Shown here one piece after another: positions 1-8,663 of a DNA stretch of 32,000 bases. A model generated the notes under the pieces. That model did not search any database, was not told the DNA's origin, and worked only from the letters and a program-made list of their open reading frames with translations. The position numbers were made by a program, and so were the translations under genes. The DNA comes from Candidatus Thorarchaeota archaeon (GTDB lineage: Archaea; Asgardarchaeota; Thorarchaeia; Thorarchaeales; Thorarchaeaceae). The stretch lies in NCBI GenBank assembly GCA_003345555.1, contig PRDJ01000006.1:1-32000 (forward strand), given 5' to 3'. Positions within the stretch are counted from its first letter, which is position 1. Every line of letters starts with the position of its first letter.

Positions 1-1
1 T

Positions 2-106
2 GCACTTCAGTGGGTGAATTTGACTGACGAGACTCTCAAGGAGAAGAAGAAGATGCGAACAGCTAGAATGTCGATGTATCGCGACGTTACAAAGGAGGCT
101 AAGTAG
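2..106 (+). CDS. 3' end of an upstream gene, possibly the 4Fe-4S subunit that often precedes AOR genes
   Basis: Frame 2 is open from the window edge (ALQWVNLTDETLKEKKKMRTARMSMYRDVTKEAK*) and stops with TAG at 104-106, 3 nt before the AOR ATG. 'ALQW' resembles the end of a CPxxAL ferredoxin motif, but the Cys residues would lie outside the window. Confidence 0.4.
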   Translation, partial: ALQWVNLTDETLKEKKKMRTARMSMYRDVTKEAK

Positions 107-109
107 GAA

Positions 110-2035
110 ATGTATGCGCATCAAGGTAAGATACTGCATGTGGACTTGAGCACAAGCAAAATCTGGAACCAAGACTTGCCTGAAGAATGGCGAAAGCTGT
201 ATGTAGGTTCCAGAGGAATCAATGCCAGAATTCTGTGGGATTATTGCAGGGACCCGACGATAACTTGGGACGATATAAAGAATGTAATCATATATGCGCC
301 TGGTGCCATGACCGGAACGACTGCTCCTGCCTCAGGTAGAACATCGGTCACTACCGTTGGATGCACTACCGGGATGTATCTCAAGACCAATACCGGAGGG
401 CATTGGGGTGCGGAACTGAAGTTCGCAGGCTATGATCATTTGGTAGTGCACGGTGCTGCTGTCAGACCTTCCTACATCTACATTGAGGACGATCATGTGG
501 ACATCCTTGATGCCAAAGACTTGTGGGGCAAGGACATGATTCAGACCGACCTCTGGCTCAAGAAGAAGCACGGTGAAGACTCAAGAGGTCTCTACATCGG
601 ACCGGCTGGTGAGAGGCTTGTGCGAGCTGGTTCGATCCAGTGCTCTGTTTACCACGCCGCTGGTCGAGGAGGCGCTGCCGCAGTAATGGCCAAGAAGAAT
701 CTGAAGGCCATTTCTGTTAAGGGTACCAAAGTAGTCAGGGTAAAGGATTCCAGGAAGTTCGCGGAAATCGCGAAAGAAATGAGAGATTCTCTACGCAAGG
801 ATAGTGGGTCAATCGGGCTTCACGATTTTGGGACCTCGGCTTCTGTCGCAGCGGTCAACGAGCTTCATGCTCTTCCTGGCAAGAATTGGCAAACAGGCTA
901 CACTCCGAGTGTATACCCAATCACTGGTCAGGCGCTTGTGGAGAAGGGTTACCTCAAGAGGAGAGTTGCGTGCTTTGGTTGCACGATAGGTTGCCACCGA
1001 TATTCGGCCATTGACAAAGGTCCGCATGCCGGAATCGCAAGTGGCGGTCCAGAGTACGAGACTTTCGGAGCTCTGGGAAACGGCCCCTGCATTGTCGATA
1101 CCGAGGGTGTGATACTCGCAAACGAGCTCTGCAACCGCTTGGGTCTCGACACGATTACGGCTGGGGGGGTATGCCAGTGGGCCATAGAATCATATGAGCG
1201 AGGGGTTCTTACAAAGGCGGATACCGACGGTCTTGAGCTAGGTTGGGGAAAACTGCCCGAGCTTCTGAAGATGCTTGAGGCTCTCGCATTCCGCAAGGGA
1301 AAGCTTGGAGAACTACTCGGTGATGGTCTCAAGATTGCGACCAAGAGGGTCGGCAAGGATTCATACAAGTGGGCCATCATGAATTCGAAGGGTCTTGAAC
1401 AGTCCAATGTCGAGACACGTTCTGCCAAAGCATACGCCCTTGCGTTCGCTGTCAACCCGCGAGGCAATGATCACTTGATGACTGAGACCTTCGCTGAATT
1501 CGGATCAAGTCCTGAAGCTGTAGCATTAATCGAGAAGGTGACGGGTGACAAGAAGTGGGCATCTCCTCACTTCACCGATTATAGAGCAGAGATTGTCCGC
1601 TGGCATGAAGACTGCTATGAAATCACAGAAGCTCTCGGGTTCTGTGTATTCACATCGACGGCGGCATTCGGTGTGAACCCGGATAACATGGCCCGGCTGT
1701 ATGAGGCAGCCACAGGAATACCCATGACTGAGAAAGACATCATGCTTACAGGTCGCAGGGTTGTTAACCTCGAAAAGGCGTTCAATACGACGAGGGGCGC
1801 GACCCGACAACACGATGATCTGCCTTGGCGTCTCATGAACGAGGGAGCAGCTTCGGGTCCTCTAAAGGGTGCGATGAACTCGCGCGCTGAGCTTGATGGC
1901 ATGCTTGACAGATACTACACTCTGCATGAGTGGGACCTCAAGACAAGCTGGCCATATAGAGAGACGCTTGAGAAGCTCCAGCTTAAGGACGTGGCCGACT
2001 ATCTGGGTAAGATGGGCAAGCTACCGAAAAAGTAG
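110..2035 (+). CDS. aor: Aldehyde:ferredoxin oxidoreductase family protein (tungstopterin AOR/WOR)
   Basis: 641 aa. GKILHVDLS N-terminus, GRGGxxAVMxxKNLKAI, CFGCTIGC cluster ligands, GPEYET and LGLDT pterin-binding motifs, YYxxHEWD C-terminus. GGAGG upstream. Confidence 0.93.
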   Translation: MYAHQGKILHVDLSTSKIWNQDLPEEWRKLYVGSRGINARILWDYCRDPTITWDDIKNVIIYAPGAMTGTTAPASGRTSVTTVGCTTGMYLKTNTGGHWGAELKFAGYDHLVVHGAAVRPSYIYIEDDHVDILDAKDLWGKDMIQTDLWLKKKHGEDSRGLYIGPAGERLVRAGSIQCSVYHAAGRGGAAAVMAKKNLKAISVKGTKVVRVKDSRKFAEIAKEMRDSLRKDSGSIGLHDFGTSASVAAVNELHALPGKNWQTGYTPSVYPITGQALVEKGYLKRRVACFGCTIGCHRYSAIDKGPHAGIASGGPEYETFGALGNGPCIVDTEGVILANELCNRLGLDTITAGGVCQWAIESYERGVLTKADTDGLELGWGKLPELLKMLEALAFRKGKLGELLGDGLKIATKRVGKDSYKWAIMNSKGLEQSNVETRSAKAYALAFAVNPRGNDHLMTETFAEFGSSPEAVALIEKVTGDKKWASPHFTDYRAEIVRWHEDCYEITEALGFCVFTSTAAFGVNPDNMARLYEAATGIPMTEKDIMLTGRRVVNLEKAFNTTRGATRQHDDLPWRLMNEGAASGPLKGAMNSRAELDGMLDRYYTLHEWDLKTSWPYRETLEKLQLKDVADYLGKMGKLPKK

Positions 2036-2060
2036 AGGGATTCTCTTCCCTCTTCTTTTC
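2034..2060 (+). terminator. Hairpin plus pyrimidine/T tract after aor
   Basis: AGAGGGA(2034-40)-TTCTCT-TCCCTCT(2047-53) is a 7-bp perfect stem followed by TCTTTTC. Confidence 0.55.
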
Positions 2061-2141
2061 TATTGACAAGTCAAGCATTTGAGTGCGTCGTTCAGTAACT
2101 CATTTATCCACCCTTCAATTCGCGGTTGGTGTGTTGTTAGA

Positions 2142-3149
2142 ATGAAAGGGTTCAAGGAATTCGGTGTGGCAATGACAGGAGTGTTCCCTGTCAAAGAAGC
2201 TGTCGTGTTGGCTAAAGGCGCTGAGAAGGCTGGACTCGGCTCTGTATGGTTCGCTGAGGACTACTTCTTCAGAGGCGGAATACCCTACATCGCAGCAGCT
2301 AGCATGGCAACAGAGCGTATCAGAATAGGACTAGGAGTGATCAATCCTTACTCTCGTCATCCTGCGCTAATTGCGATGGAATTTGGAGCGCTTGACGAGA
2401 TGGCGAACAAGCGATTAGTATTCGGTCTGGGCGCTGGTGTTCCCTACTGGATGTCTCAGATGGGATATGCTGTTGACAAACCGTTGTCAAGAACCAAGGA
2501 ATGCATCGAACTCGTTCGCAAGATAATGACTGGTCAGAATGTGACGCATGAAGGAGAGTTCTTCAAGACCAAGGATGTCAAGCTGATTTTCGATCCGGTA
2601 CGCAAGTCCATTCCAATCTATCTGGCTTTCGAGGGTAAGATGGGCCTCGAGCTTGCAGGCGAAATCGGTGATGGTGCCATCTTATCGATATTCAACACCC
2701 CATCGTATATTAAATTCGCGTGGGATCGCGTGAAGGTGGGTGCCAAGAAAGCTGGCAAGAATCTCGATAGCTTCGAGATGGTTTCCTACATTCCCATGGC
2801 AATTGATGATGATGTTGACAAAGCGATAAGACTTGCCCGGAACCTAATGAAACTCTATCTGCCACACTCTCAACCTGGTGGACCCCTCATGGAGCATGCT
2901 GGTGTACCAGCAGATCTCACAAAAGCCATGACGAAAGCGGCCACCGAAGGAAGAGACGTGGAGGATATGATCACGGACAAGATGGTTCAGACCCTAGGAG
3001 TCGTCGGCGATACGGAATCTTGCATCAAGTATCTCCGACAGTTCATTGAGGCTGGGGCGAATACTCCTGTTCTCTTTCCAATGCCCGGGGTCGACTTGCA
3101 GCAGACCATGAAGGTCCTATCCAAGAACGTGATTCCTCACCTTCGGTAG
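2142..3149 (+). CDS. LLM-class (luciferase-like) oxidoreductase, Mer-like, probably F420-dependent
   Basis: AEKAGLGSVWFAEDY, TERIRIGLGVINPYSRHP, RLVFGLGAG, PIYLA and GEIGDG motifs. ATG 2142 preferred over the TTG at 2079. Confidence 0.88.
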   Translation: MKGFKEFGVAMTGVFPVKEAVVLAKGAEKAGLGSVWFAEDYFFRGGIPYIAAASMATERIRIGLGVINPYSRHPALIAMEFGALDEMANKRLVFGLGAGVPYWMSQMGYAVDKPLSRTKECIELVRKIMTGQNVTHEGEFFKTKDVKLIFDPVRKSIPIYLAFEGKMGLELAGEIGDGAILSIFNTPSYIKFAWDRVKVGAKKAGKNLDSFEMVSYIPMAIDDDVDKAIRLARNLMKLYLPHSQPGGPLMEHAGVPADLTKAMTKAATEGRDVEDMITDKMVQTLGVVGDTESCIKYLRQFIEAGANTPVLFPMPGVDLQQTMKVLSKNVIPHLR

Positions 3150-3199
3150 ACAACTTACGTCCCTTCACAGCAAAGAATCTGAAATAGGGCTGATTGCAG

Positions 3200-4450
3200 A
3201 TGACAGCAGGAACACAGGCTCAAGGCCGGACACAGGCTGAATGTCTCTCAGAACCACAGAAGAGACGCGTCAGAATAATAGGATACTCAGCGACCTTCTT
3301 GTCAACGTTCTCACTTGGAATAACAGAGATCTTCGCTTCATGGTACGCTGGGATACTGGGGGCCACACCGTTTGAAATGGGGTGGGCGATGGGCTCCTTC
3401 GGGATTGTGTACATGTTCTCCCCTGCCATAGGCGGGAAGCTTTCGGATCGCATTGGACGAAGGAAGTCGCTGATGATTGCGACTGGCGCGTACATTTGCC
3501 TGCTGTTGCTCTACCCGCAGCCCTTCATTGCTCCACTACATTTGATACTGATTAGGGCGCTAGAGGGTCTGTTCTTTGGTCTGTTCAATCCAACAGTCGA
3601 GGCGATGGTAGCTGAATTGTGTCCCGGAAGTCAAGCGGCAGTGCTTGGCAACTTCTCCACTTCTTGGAGCGCCGGGATGATAATGAGTCCATTCGTTCTT
3701 GCCTATATGGCCACCAACTTTGGTAACGTTTCGAGCATATACATCGCCTTGGGAATCGAGATCATCACCTTGGGTTTGATAGGCTTCGCTGTGAAAGACT
3801 ATCAGCTGGCCAAGACTGCCGATGTAGCAACTACCGAGTCCAAGTCCAGTTCATATCCCGAGCCGAAACCCAGCATAGTGGGAGAGCACAAGAGTCTCAA
3901 AACGAGCACTCGTTTCGTTGCCAGCTATCTCTCGCTTGCCCTATTTGGATTCGTTTCCACGGTGATACTCTCGCTGTTTCCAACCTATGTCCAGGGACTC
4001 CCCGGATACGGAGCCCAGACCTTTGGCAACCTTCTCGTGGTATGGAACGTGACAAGGACTTTCGCTTTCCTAGCTTGTTCCAAGTTTCCGCACAAATGGA
4101 TGGGCAGTGCAATCATGTCGGGAACTATCTTCATCACCGCATCGATGTTCCCGATATTTCTCTTGACCGACTTGCAGTCTCTTATGGTTGCGATGGTTCT
4201 CTGCGGCATAGGAGCAGGTTTCAGTTATCTCGGAGCTCTCTACATTATCGTCTCCGCGAGTGACGAGGAGAAAGGAGCGCATGCCGGGTTGGTCGAGAGC
4301 CTCGCAGGAGTTGGCTTCTTCGCAGGGCCTATAGCTGGAGGCTGGGTTGCTGGATTCGGTCTGAACCTGCCGTACCTGCTTACCCTGATCTATGGTGCTA
4401 TCACCGTCATTCTGGTTGCTGTTACCCTTAGGGCTTCTAAGACACGATAG
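3200..4450 (+). CDS. MFS transporter
   Basis: About 12 hydrophobic segments and MFS motif A (GKLSDRIGRRK). ATG at 3200. Confidence 0.92.
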   Translation: MTAGTQAQGRTQAECLSEPQKRRVRIIGYSATFLSTFSLGITEIFASWYAGILGATPFEMGWAMGSFGIVYMFSPAIGGKLSDRIGRRKSLMIATGAYICLLLLYPQPFIAPLHLILIRALEGLFFGLFNPTVEAMVAELCPGSQAAVLGNFSTSWSAGMIMSPFVLAYMATNFGNVSSIYIALGIEIITLGLIGFAVKDYQLAKTADVATTESKSSSYPEPKPSIVGEHKSLKTSTRFVASYLSLALFGFVSTVILSLFPTYVQGLPGYGAQTFGNLLVVWNVTRTFAFLACSKFPHKWMGSAIMSGTIFITASMFPIFLLTDLQSLMVAMVLCGIGAGFSYLGALYIIVSASDEEKGAHAGLVESLAGVGFFAGPIAGGWVAGFGLNLPYLLTLIYGAITVILVAVTLRASKTR

Positions 4451-4467
4451 GCGTCATCGCCTTGGGC

Positions 4468-5232
4468 TCAGTCCTTGAGTACTTTGTCGAAAGACCCCTT
4501 GATGCTTGGATCTTCAACAATGGGCTTCTTAGGCGGGAATGGATAAGCCACCTTACTATGGCTGAGACCTGCATCGACTAGAAGGGCAGCAGTCTTCACG
4601 GCAATTACGAAAGGATCAATCACTGGCACGCCAACCTCGTCGATTATTGGTTTAAGGTCAATCTCGTGTGAGAGTCCCGTGCACCCCAGTACGATGACAT
4701 CAGCGCCGTCTTGTTTGACAGCCTGCCGACATTCCTCCATGAGCTCTCTCTGGGCCTCTTCAGGCTTCTTCGCTATGTCGAGTACTGGCATCTTGAGGCA
4801 TCTAACCCCGACGCAGAAGCCGTCCAAACCTTCCTTCCTGACTCCCCACTCCATGCATTTGACAAGCGATTGACCTTGGACCGTGATAACACTGAACTTG
4901 GTTCCGAGTGTCAGAGCTAGATGAAGAGCAGCCTTCCTCACACCGACAACAGGAATGTTGGAGATTTCTCTCGCCGCTTCCAAGATGGGGTCGCAGGCGC
5001 AATCAATGACAATGGCGTCCATCCCCTCCTTATTCGCCTTTACAATCTGCTCGAGGATGAAAGGCGCATTGTAAGCCTCATCAGAATGCGACTCAACGCT
5101 GTGAGTGCCGTATCTGGCATGAAGGTTCTCGATGACAAAACCTGGAGGGGTGACCGCTCGGACGAAACTCTTCTTCTTAGGGTCAACCCACCAGTCAACA
5201 CCGGTAACACCAATGAGAGCAATTCGTTTCAA
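4468..5232 (-). CDS. Asp/Glu/hydantoin racemase family (hydantoin/allantoin racemase-like)
   Basis: Two catalytic-Cys motifs (IDCACDP, VLGCTG), PVVG and PVIDP. TTG start with GGTGAGTGA upstream. Confidence 0.88.
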   Translation of the reverse strand: MKRIALIGVTGVDWWVDPKKKSFVRAVTPPGFVIENLHARYGTHSVESHSDEAYNAPFILEQIVKANKEGMDAIVIDCACDPILEAAREISNIPVVGVRKAALHLALTLGTKFSVITVQGQSLVKCMEWGVRKEGLDGFCVGVRCLKMPVLDIAKKPEEAQRELMEECRQAVKQDGADVIVLGCTGLSHEIDLKPIIDEVGVPVIDPFVIAVKTAALLVDAGLSHSKVAYPFPPKKPIVEDPSIKGSFDKVLKD

Positions 5233-5295
5233 GGTTTATCACTCACCGGAGCTGCCGAATCAAAGCCGTTTCCGTCAGTTTCGGGCAGGCTCTCC

Positions 5296-6414
5296 TTAGT
5301 GAAGATTCTTGATTATCTCTTCCATTGGCTTATACTGCAACTCTGGATGCGCATATCTCTCTGGACCGAAGGCCTTGCGTCCAATTTCGGTTTTTCCAGC
5401 GATGCGAACTCTCTCAGGAGCAGGCAAAGCGGTCACAGTGACTCTAAGACCTTCCTTGAGGTCAGAGCTCATTATGCCATGACCGGTCTTCGGGTCATGC
5501 ATGCACACTAGATCCGGAAACATGACTACTGGCTTGTCGTCACACATCGCCATCATGTACTCGTTCTTCACTACGATCTGGAATCTGCCCTTGGTATCCT
5601 CAGGCTTGATTGTTACAAGGACGTGCCAGTGCCCGGCACGATCTTCGCCTTTGACTTCCTTTATCGTACCTGTGGTTAATACGCGACCACCCATCACATC
5701 AAGAAACGCATCAATGGGATTCCTGCGACTTGCGTTGGCGTCACCTATGGCCTCTCCGAGCCGTATTGATCTGGAGATACTGTTTGCGACCACGCTTTTC
5801 TTGAGCTGAGCTCCCGTCTGGTAGTAGTGGTTGTTCGCACCTGCACCCCCGTCTTGCACGACAGCAAATCGGCCAATCTCATCTGCAAGAGCAGGTATGC
5901 TCGCTTCCTGAACTATCACAACGCTTCCGCCCTTCGTAACCACTGGCATCGGACAGAGAGAAATTCCATAACCAACGAATGAAATCATCTGCGTCTCGGG
6001 CGCGGACCTACCAAGTCCATCGCCATCGACGGACGTGATCTTGGCTCTAGCCGCCAGCGATAGCATCACCGTTGTGTTGAGGCCGCCGAGCTCGAATGGG
6101 ACGACATGGTTAACCTTCTTGCCGGTCATTTTCTCAGTTATCTTCGTGACTTCGTAGAGTTCGAATCGCTTCTCCCACTTCTCTAGCATATCACCTACCG
6201 ATGTGAAAGCCTTTACCGACCCCATGTATCCGCCGCAGACTATGAATGCATCATCTCTGACGTCCTTGGGATCCGTTATCTCGTAGACCCTGCCTTTGCC
6301 ATAATCCCAGTCCACCAACGGCTTTCCGAATCCGACGGGATCACCCCCTCCGCCTGTCCCCAGTATGCCTACTCCAGTGAGCATGTCGTATGCATTCTGC
6401 TTTGTGAGTTTCAT
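5296..6414 (-). CDS. DUF917 family protein (paralogue A)
   Basis: GVGILGTGGGGDP, PFELGGLN, VDGDGLGRSAPE, MFPDLV motifs. Start moved to ATG 6414 (MKLTKQ), which has GAGGG upstream and avoids overlap with the preceding gene. Confidence 0.88.
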   Translation of the reverse strand: MKLTKQNAYDMLTGVGILGTGGGGDPVGFGKPLVDWDYGKGRVYEITDPKDVRDDAFIVCGGYMGSVKAFTSVGDMLEKWEKRFELYEVTKITEKMTGKKVNHVVPFELGGLNTTVMLSLAARAKITSVDGDGLGRSAPETQMISFVGYGISLCPMPVVTKGGSVVIVQEASIPALADEIGRFAVVQDGGAGANNHYYQTGAQLKKSVVANSISRSIRLGEAIGDANASRRNPIDAFLDVMGGRVLTTGTIKEVKGEDRAGHWHVLVTIKPEDTKGRFQIVVKNEYMMAMCDDKPVVMFPDLVCMHDPKTGHGIMSSDLKEGLRVTVTALPAPERVRIAGKTEIGRKAFGPERYAHPELQYKPMEEIIKNLH

Positions 6415-6425
6415 AGTAGTCCCTC

Positions 6426-7247
6426 TCAGTGGCCTTTCATCAATTCCTCTTCTGCGTCGAGTCTGCCACTCAGGTCCTGCACCACTTTGTACCAGCGTTT
6501 GGAAGTGCCAACCGTTGCTCTTCTCTTCCAAGCTCCGGTCTTCGGAACATCTTCAATCATTTTCAGAAGTTTCTGAATGCGGGACACAATCACCTTCTTC
6601 TGCTCTTCAGACAGTAAGCCAACAGTAGGCACGAAGTCGAGCAGTTTCTTGAGGTTTGTTGTACAAGTATAGTAGAATCCCCAGTCATCGCCCATGATAT
6701 GAGTGATATACGAACCGTTGATTTTCGTCTCATCGTCGGTCTCGCTGACATCATTCCCAAGGAACATGATTGTCAAGTCCTTGAGGTCCTTCGCGTTAAT
6801 CTGAACTATCTGCGTCTTCTCCAAGAAGAGATCGCCGAGTGCTATGGTGGGATTGTCCTTGGACAAACGGTCAGATTTCTTGAACTCGATTCTGTGGTTG
6901 AAGTCAAGCGTGTCATAGAATACGTCTACATGGCCACCTGTCTTGGGATTGGTGAACAAGTCACGCATCATTGTGGCTCGAATAAAACCCGGCATCACGT
7001 ACTGATATCCTAGGTCGTCGCGGAAGAGATTGATTATCTTGTGTTGCTGCTTGTAGTAGCCAATGAGATCAATGTCCGTGATCTCTCGACCCATCGCTTC
7101 ATGCAATTCCACGTATTGCGGCGATTTGATTCGGTAGGCAATGGCTCCCATCACTCGAAGCGGCAGGCCATTCTGCTCAGCCGCGTCATGTATCCTTAGG
7201 GCTTCCTGGACGAAGTCATCGATGACCTCACCGTACTTTCCCGGCAT
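6426..7247 (-). CDS. Uncharacterised nucleotidyltransferase-superfamily-like protein
   Basis: LRVMGAIAY...TDIDLIGY (hG[AS]...DxD) plus a downstream HVDVF Asp, the pol-beta-like NTase catalytic triad pattern. The family assignment is from motifs only. Confidence 0.65.
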   Translation of the reverse strand: MPGKYGEVIDDFVQEALRIHDAAEQNGLPLRVMGAIAYRIKSPQYVELHEAMGREITDIDLIGYYKQQHKIINLFRDDLGYQYVMPGFIRATMMRDLFTNPKTGGHVDVFYDTLDFNHRIEFKKSDRLSKDNPTIALGDLFLEKTQIVQINAKDLKDLTIMFLGNDVSETDDETKINGSYITHIMGDDWGFYYTCTTNLKKLLDFVPTVGLLSEEQKKVIVSRIQKLLKMIEDVPKTGAWKRRATVGTSKRWYKVVQDLSGRLDAEEELMKGH

Positions 7248-7542
7248 TCGGTTTCCTCACGTATGTCAAACATCACAAAGGACTTTATTGCGGCGTGACG
7301 ATTAGCTCTTTAATATCTTTAGGTCAATACTGAAACGCCATTGCTGAGTTGACTAGGGCAGTCTTCGCTCCTGCAATATCGGCTCTGTGTGCCGGCCCAT
7401 CCAGGAGAATTAGTCCCGTAATTGTACGTTGGAGTCTCGATATGATACCTTAAGCTACACCGCCAAACTCTTAAACCGCGTCAGTCGCAAAAGCTTAACG
7501 CATTCGCGAATAGAAGGCGCATAACAAACAGGTGAAATATGA

Positions 7543-8478
7543 GTGAGAATCTTTCTAGCAGCAGACGCTCACGGAAGCCAGCAGACGTGGGAAAAAATGT
7601 GTGTAGCACCCAGTTACTTCAAGGCTGACGTTGCGATGATGTGTGGTGACTTGACAGGTAAGGCAATCTACCCCATTGTCAAGGAGAAGGAAGGCCAGTG
7701 GTACGCAAATCCTCATGGCAGCAAGAAGACCTTCAAGAAACAGAGCGACTTGGACAAGTTTGTCAAGTTTACGAAAGACGAAGGATTCTATCCGTATATC
7801 GTGTCTCCTGACGAGCTCGCAGAGATGAAAGAGAAGGAGAGCCTAGTAAAGGAGATCTTTGGGAAACTGATGAAGGAACGAGTTGCTGAGTGGCTTAACA
7901 TGGCTGCAGACAAGATCCCGAAGAACGTTGATATCATAGTAAACCCCGGTAACGATGACGATTACGTTATCGATGACGTCATCAAGAATCATTCGAGAAT
8001 CATATATCCATTGAAGAAGGTAGTGGACGTTCACGGTTACCCGCTTATCAGCTTGGAGTGGGTGAGCAGCACGCCTTGGAATACATACAGAGAATGCCCT
8101 GATGATCAATTGATGGTCAAGCTTGAGGAGGAATTCGCTCGGGTCAGTGACTATACGAACCTCTTGTGCAACTTCCATGATCCGCCATTTGATTCAGGGC
8201 TGGACACTGCGCCTACGCTAAAGAAGGATTTGTCCATCTCGAAAGCAGGAGCGATGGAACTTGCCGGGCCCGTCGGCAGCAAGTCTGTTCGAGCATGCAT
8301 CGAGAAATATCAGCCTCTTGTTGGAATGTTCGGCCACATCCATGAATCTGTAGGTTTCAAGAATATAGGAAGGACCCTCTGCGTGAATCCTGGCTCCGAG
8401 TACAGAGAGGGAATTCTCAAGGGCATGATCATAAACATCGACGGTGGAAAGGCTTCAGCCGGCCGTGTTGAGCTTTAG
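7543..8478 (+). CDS. Metallophosphoesterase (calcineurin-like, Icc-related)
   Basis: All five motifs: DAHGS, GDLTG, PGNDD, FHDPP, GHIHE. GTG start 7 nt after GGTGA. Confidence 0.9.
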   Translation: MRIFLAADAHGSQQTWEKMCVAPSYFKADVAMMCGDLTGKAIYPIVKEKEGQWYANPHGSKKTFKKQSDLDKFVKFTKDEGFYPYIVSPDELAEMKEKESLVKEIFGKLMKERVAEWLNMAADKIPKNVDIIVNPGNDDDYVIDDVIKNHSRIIYPLKKVVDVHGYPLISLEWVSSTPWNTYRECPDDQLMVKLEEEFARVSDYTNLLCNFHDPPFDSGLDTAPTLKKDLSISKAGAMELAGPVGSKSVRACIEKYQPLVGMFGHIHESVGFKNIGRTLCVNPGSEYREGILKGMIINIDGGKASAGRVEL

Positions 8479-8491
8479 GAGCGATGAAACT

Positions 8492-8524
8492 GGAAGGTGT
8501 ATGCGCACCTTCCCTCATTTCTTT
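8492..8524 (+). terminator. Hairpin plus T-rich tract after the phosphoesterase gene
   Basis: GGAAGGTG(8492-99)-TATGCG-CACCTTCC(8506-13) is an 8-bp perfect stem followed by CTCATTTCTTT. Confidence 0.55.
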
Positions 8525-8663
8525 CGAGACTGATGCAGAAAGGCCAGTGAACGTCAGGCATGGCGGCGTAGCTACGCGTATGCGGCCCGTTCGTACGCTC
8601 CATCGAGAATAAATAGAGGACATTTGTTAAACGCCTTTCCAAGTAGCTTAAAGGTGTTTAATC

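Noticed and set aside
6415-6531. Upstream extension of DUF917 A
   Set aside because: It overlaps the 3' end of the NTase gene. The family N-terminus and SD are at 6414.
8481-8533. C/D-box sRNA-like GCGATGA...CTGA (similar at 25707-25737)
   Set aside because: The C box is imperfect, there are no C'/D' boxes, and a 7-mer is expected a few times by chance in 32 kb.
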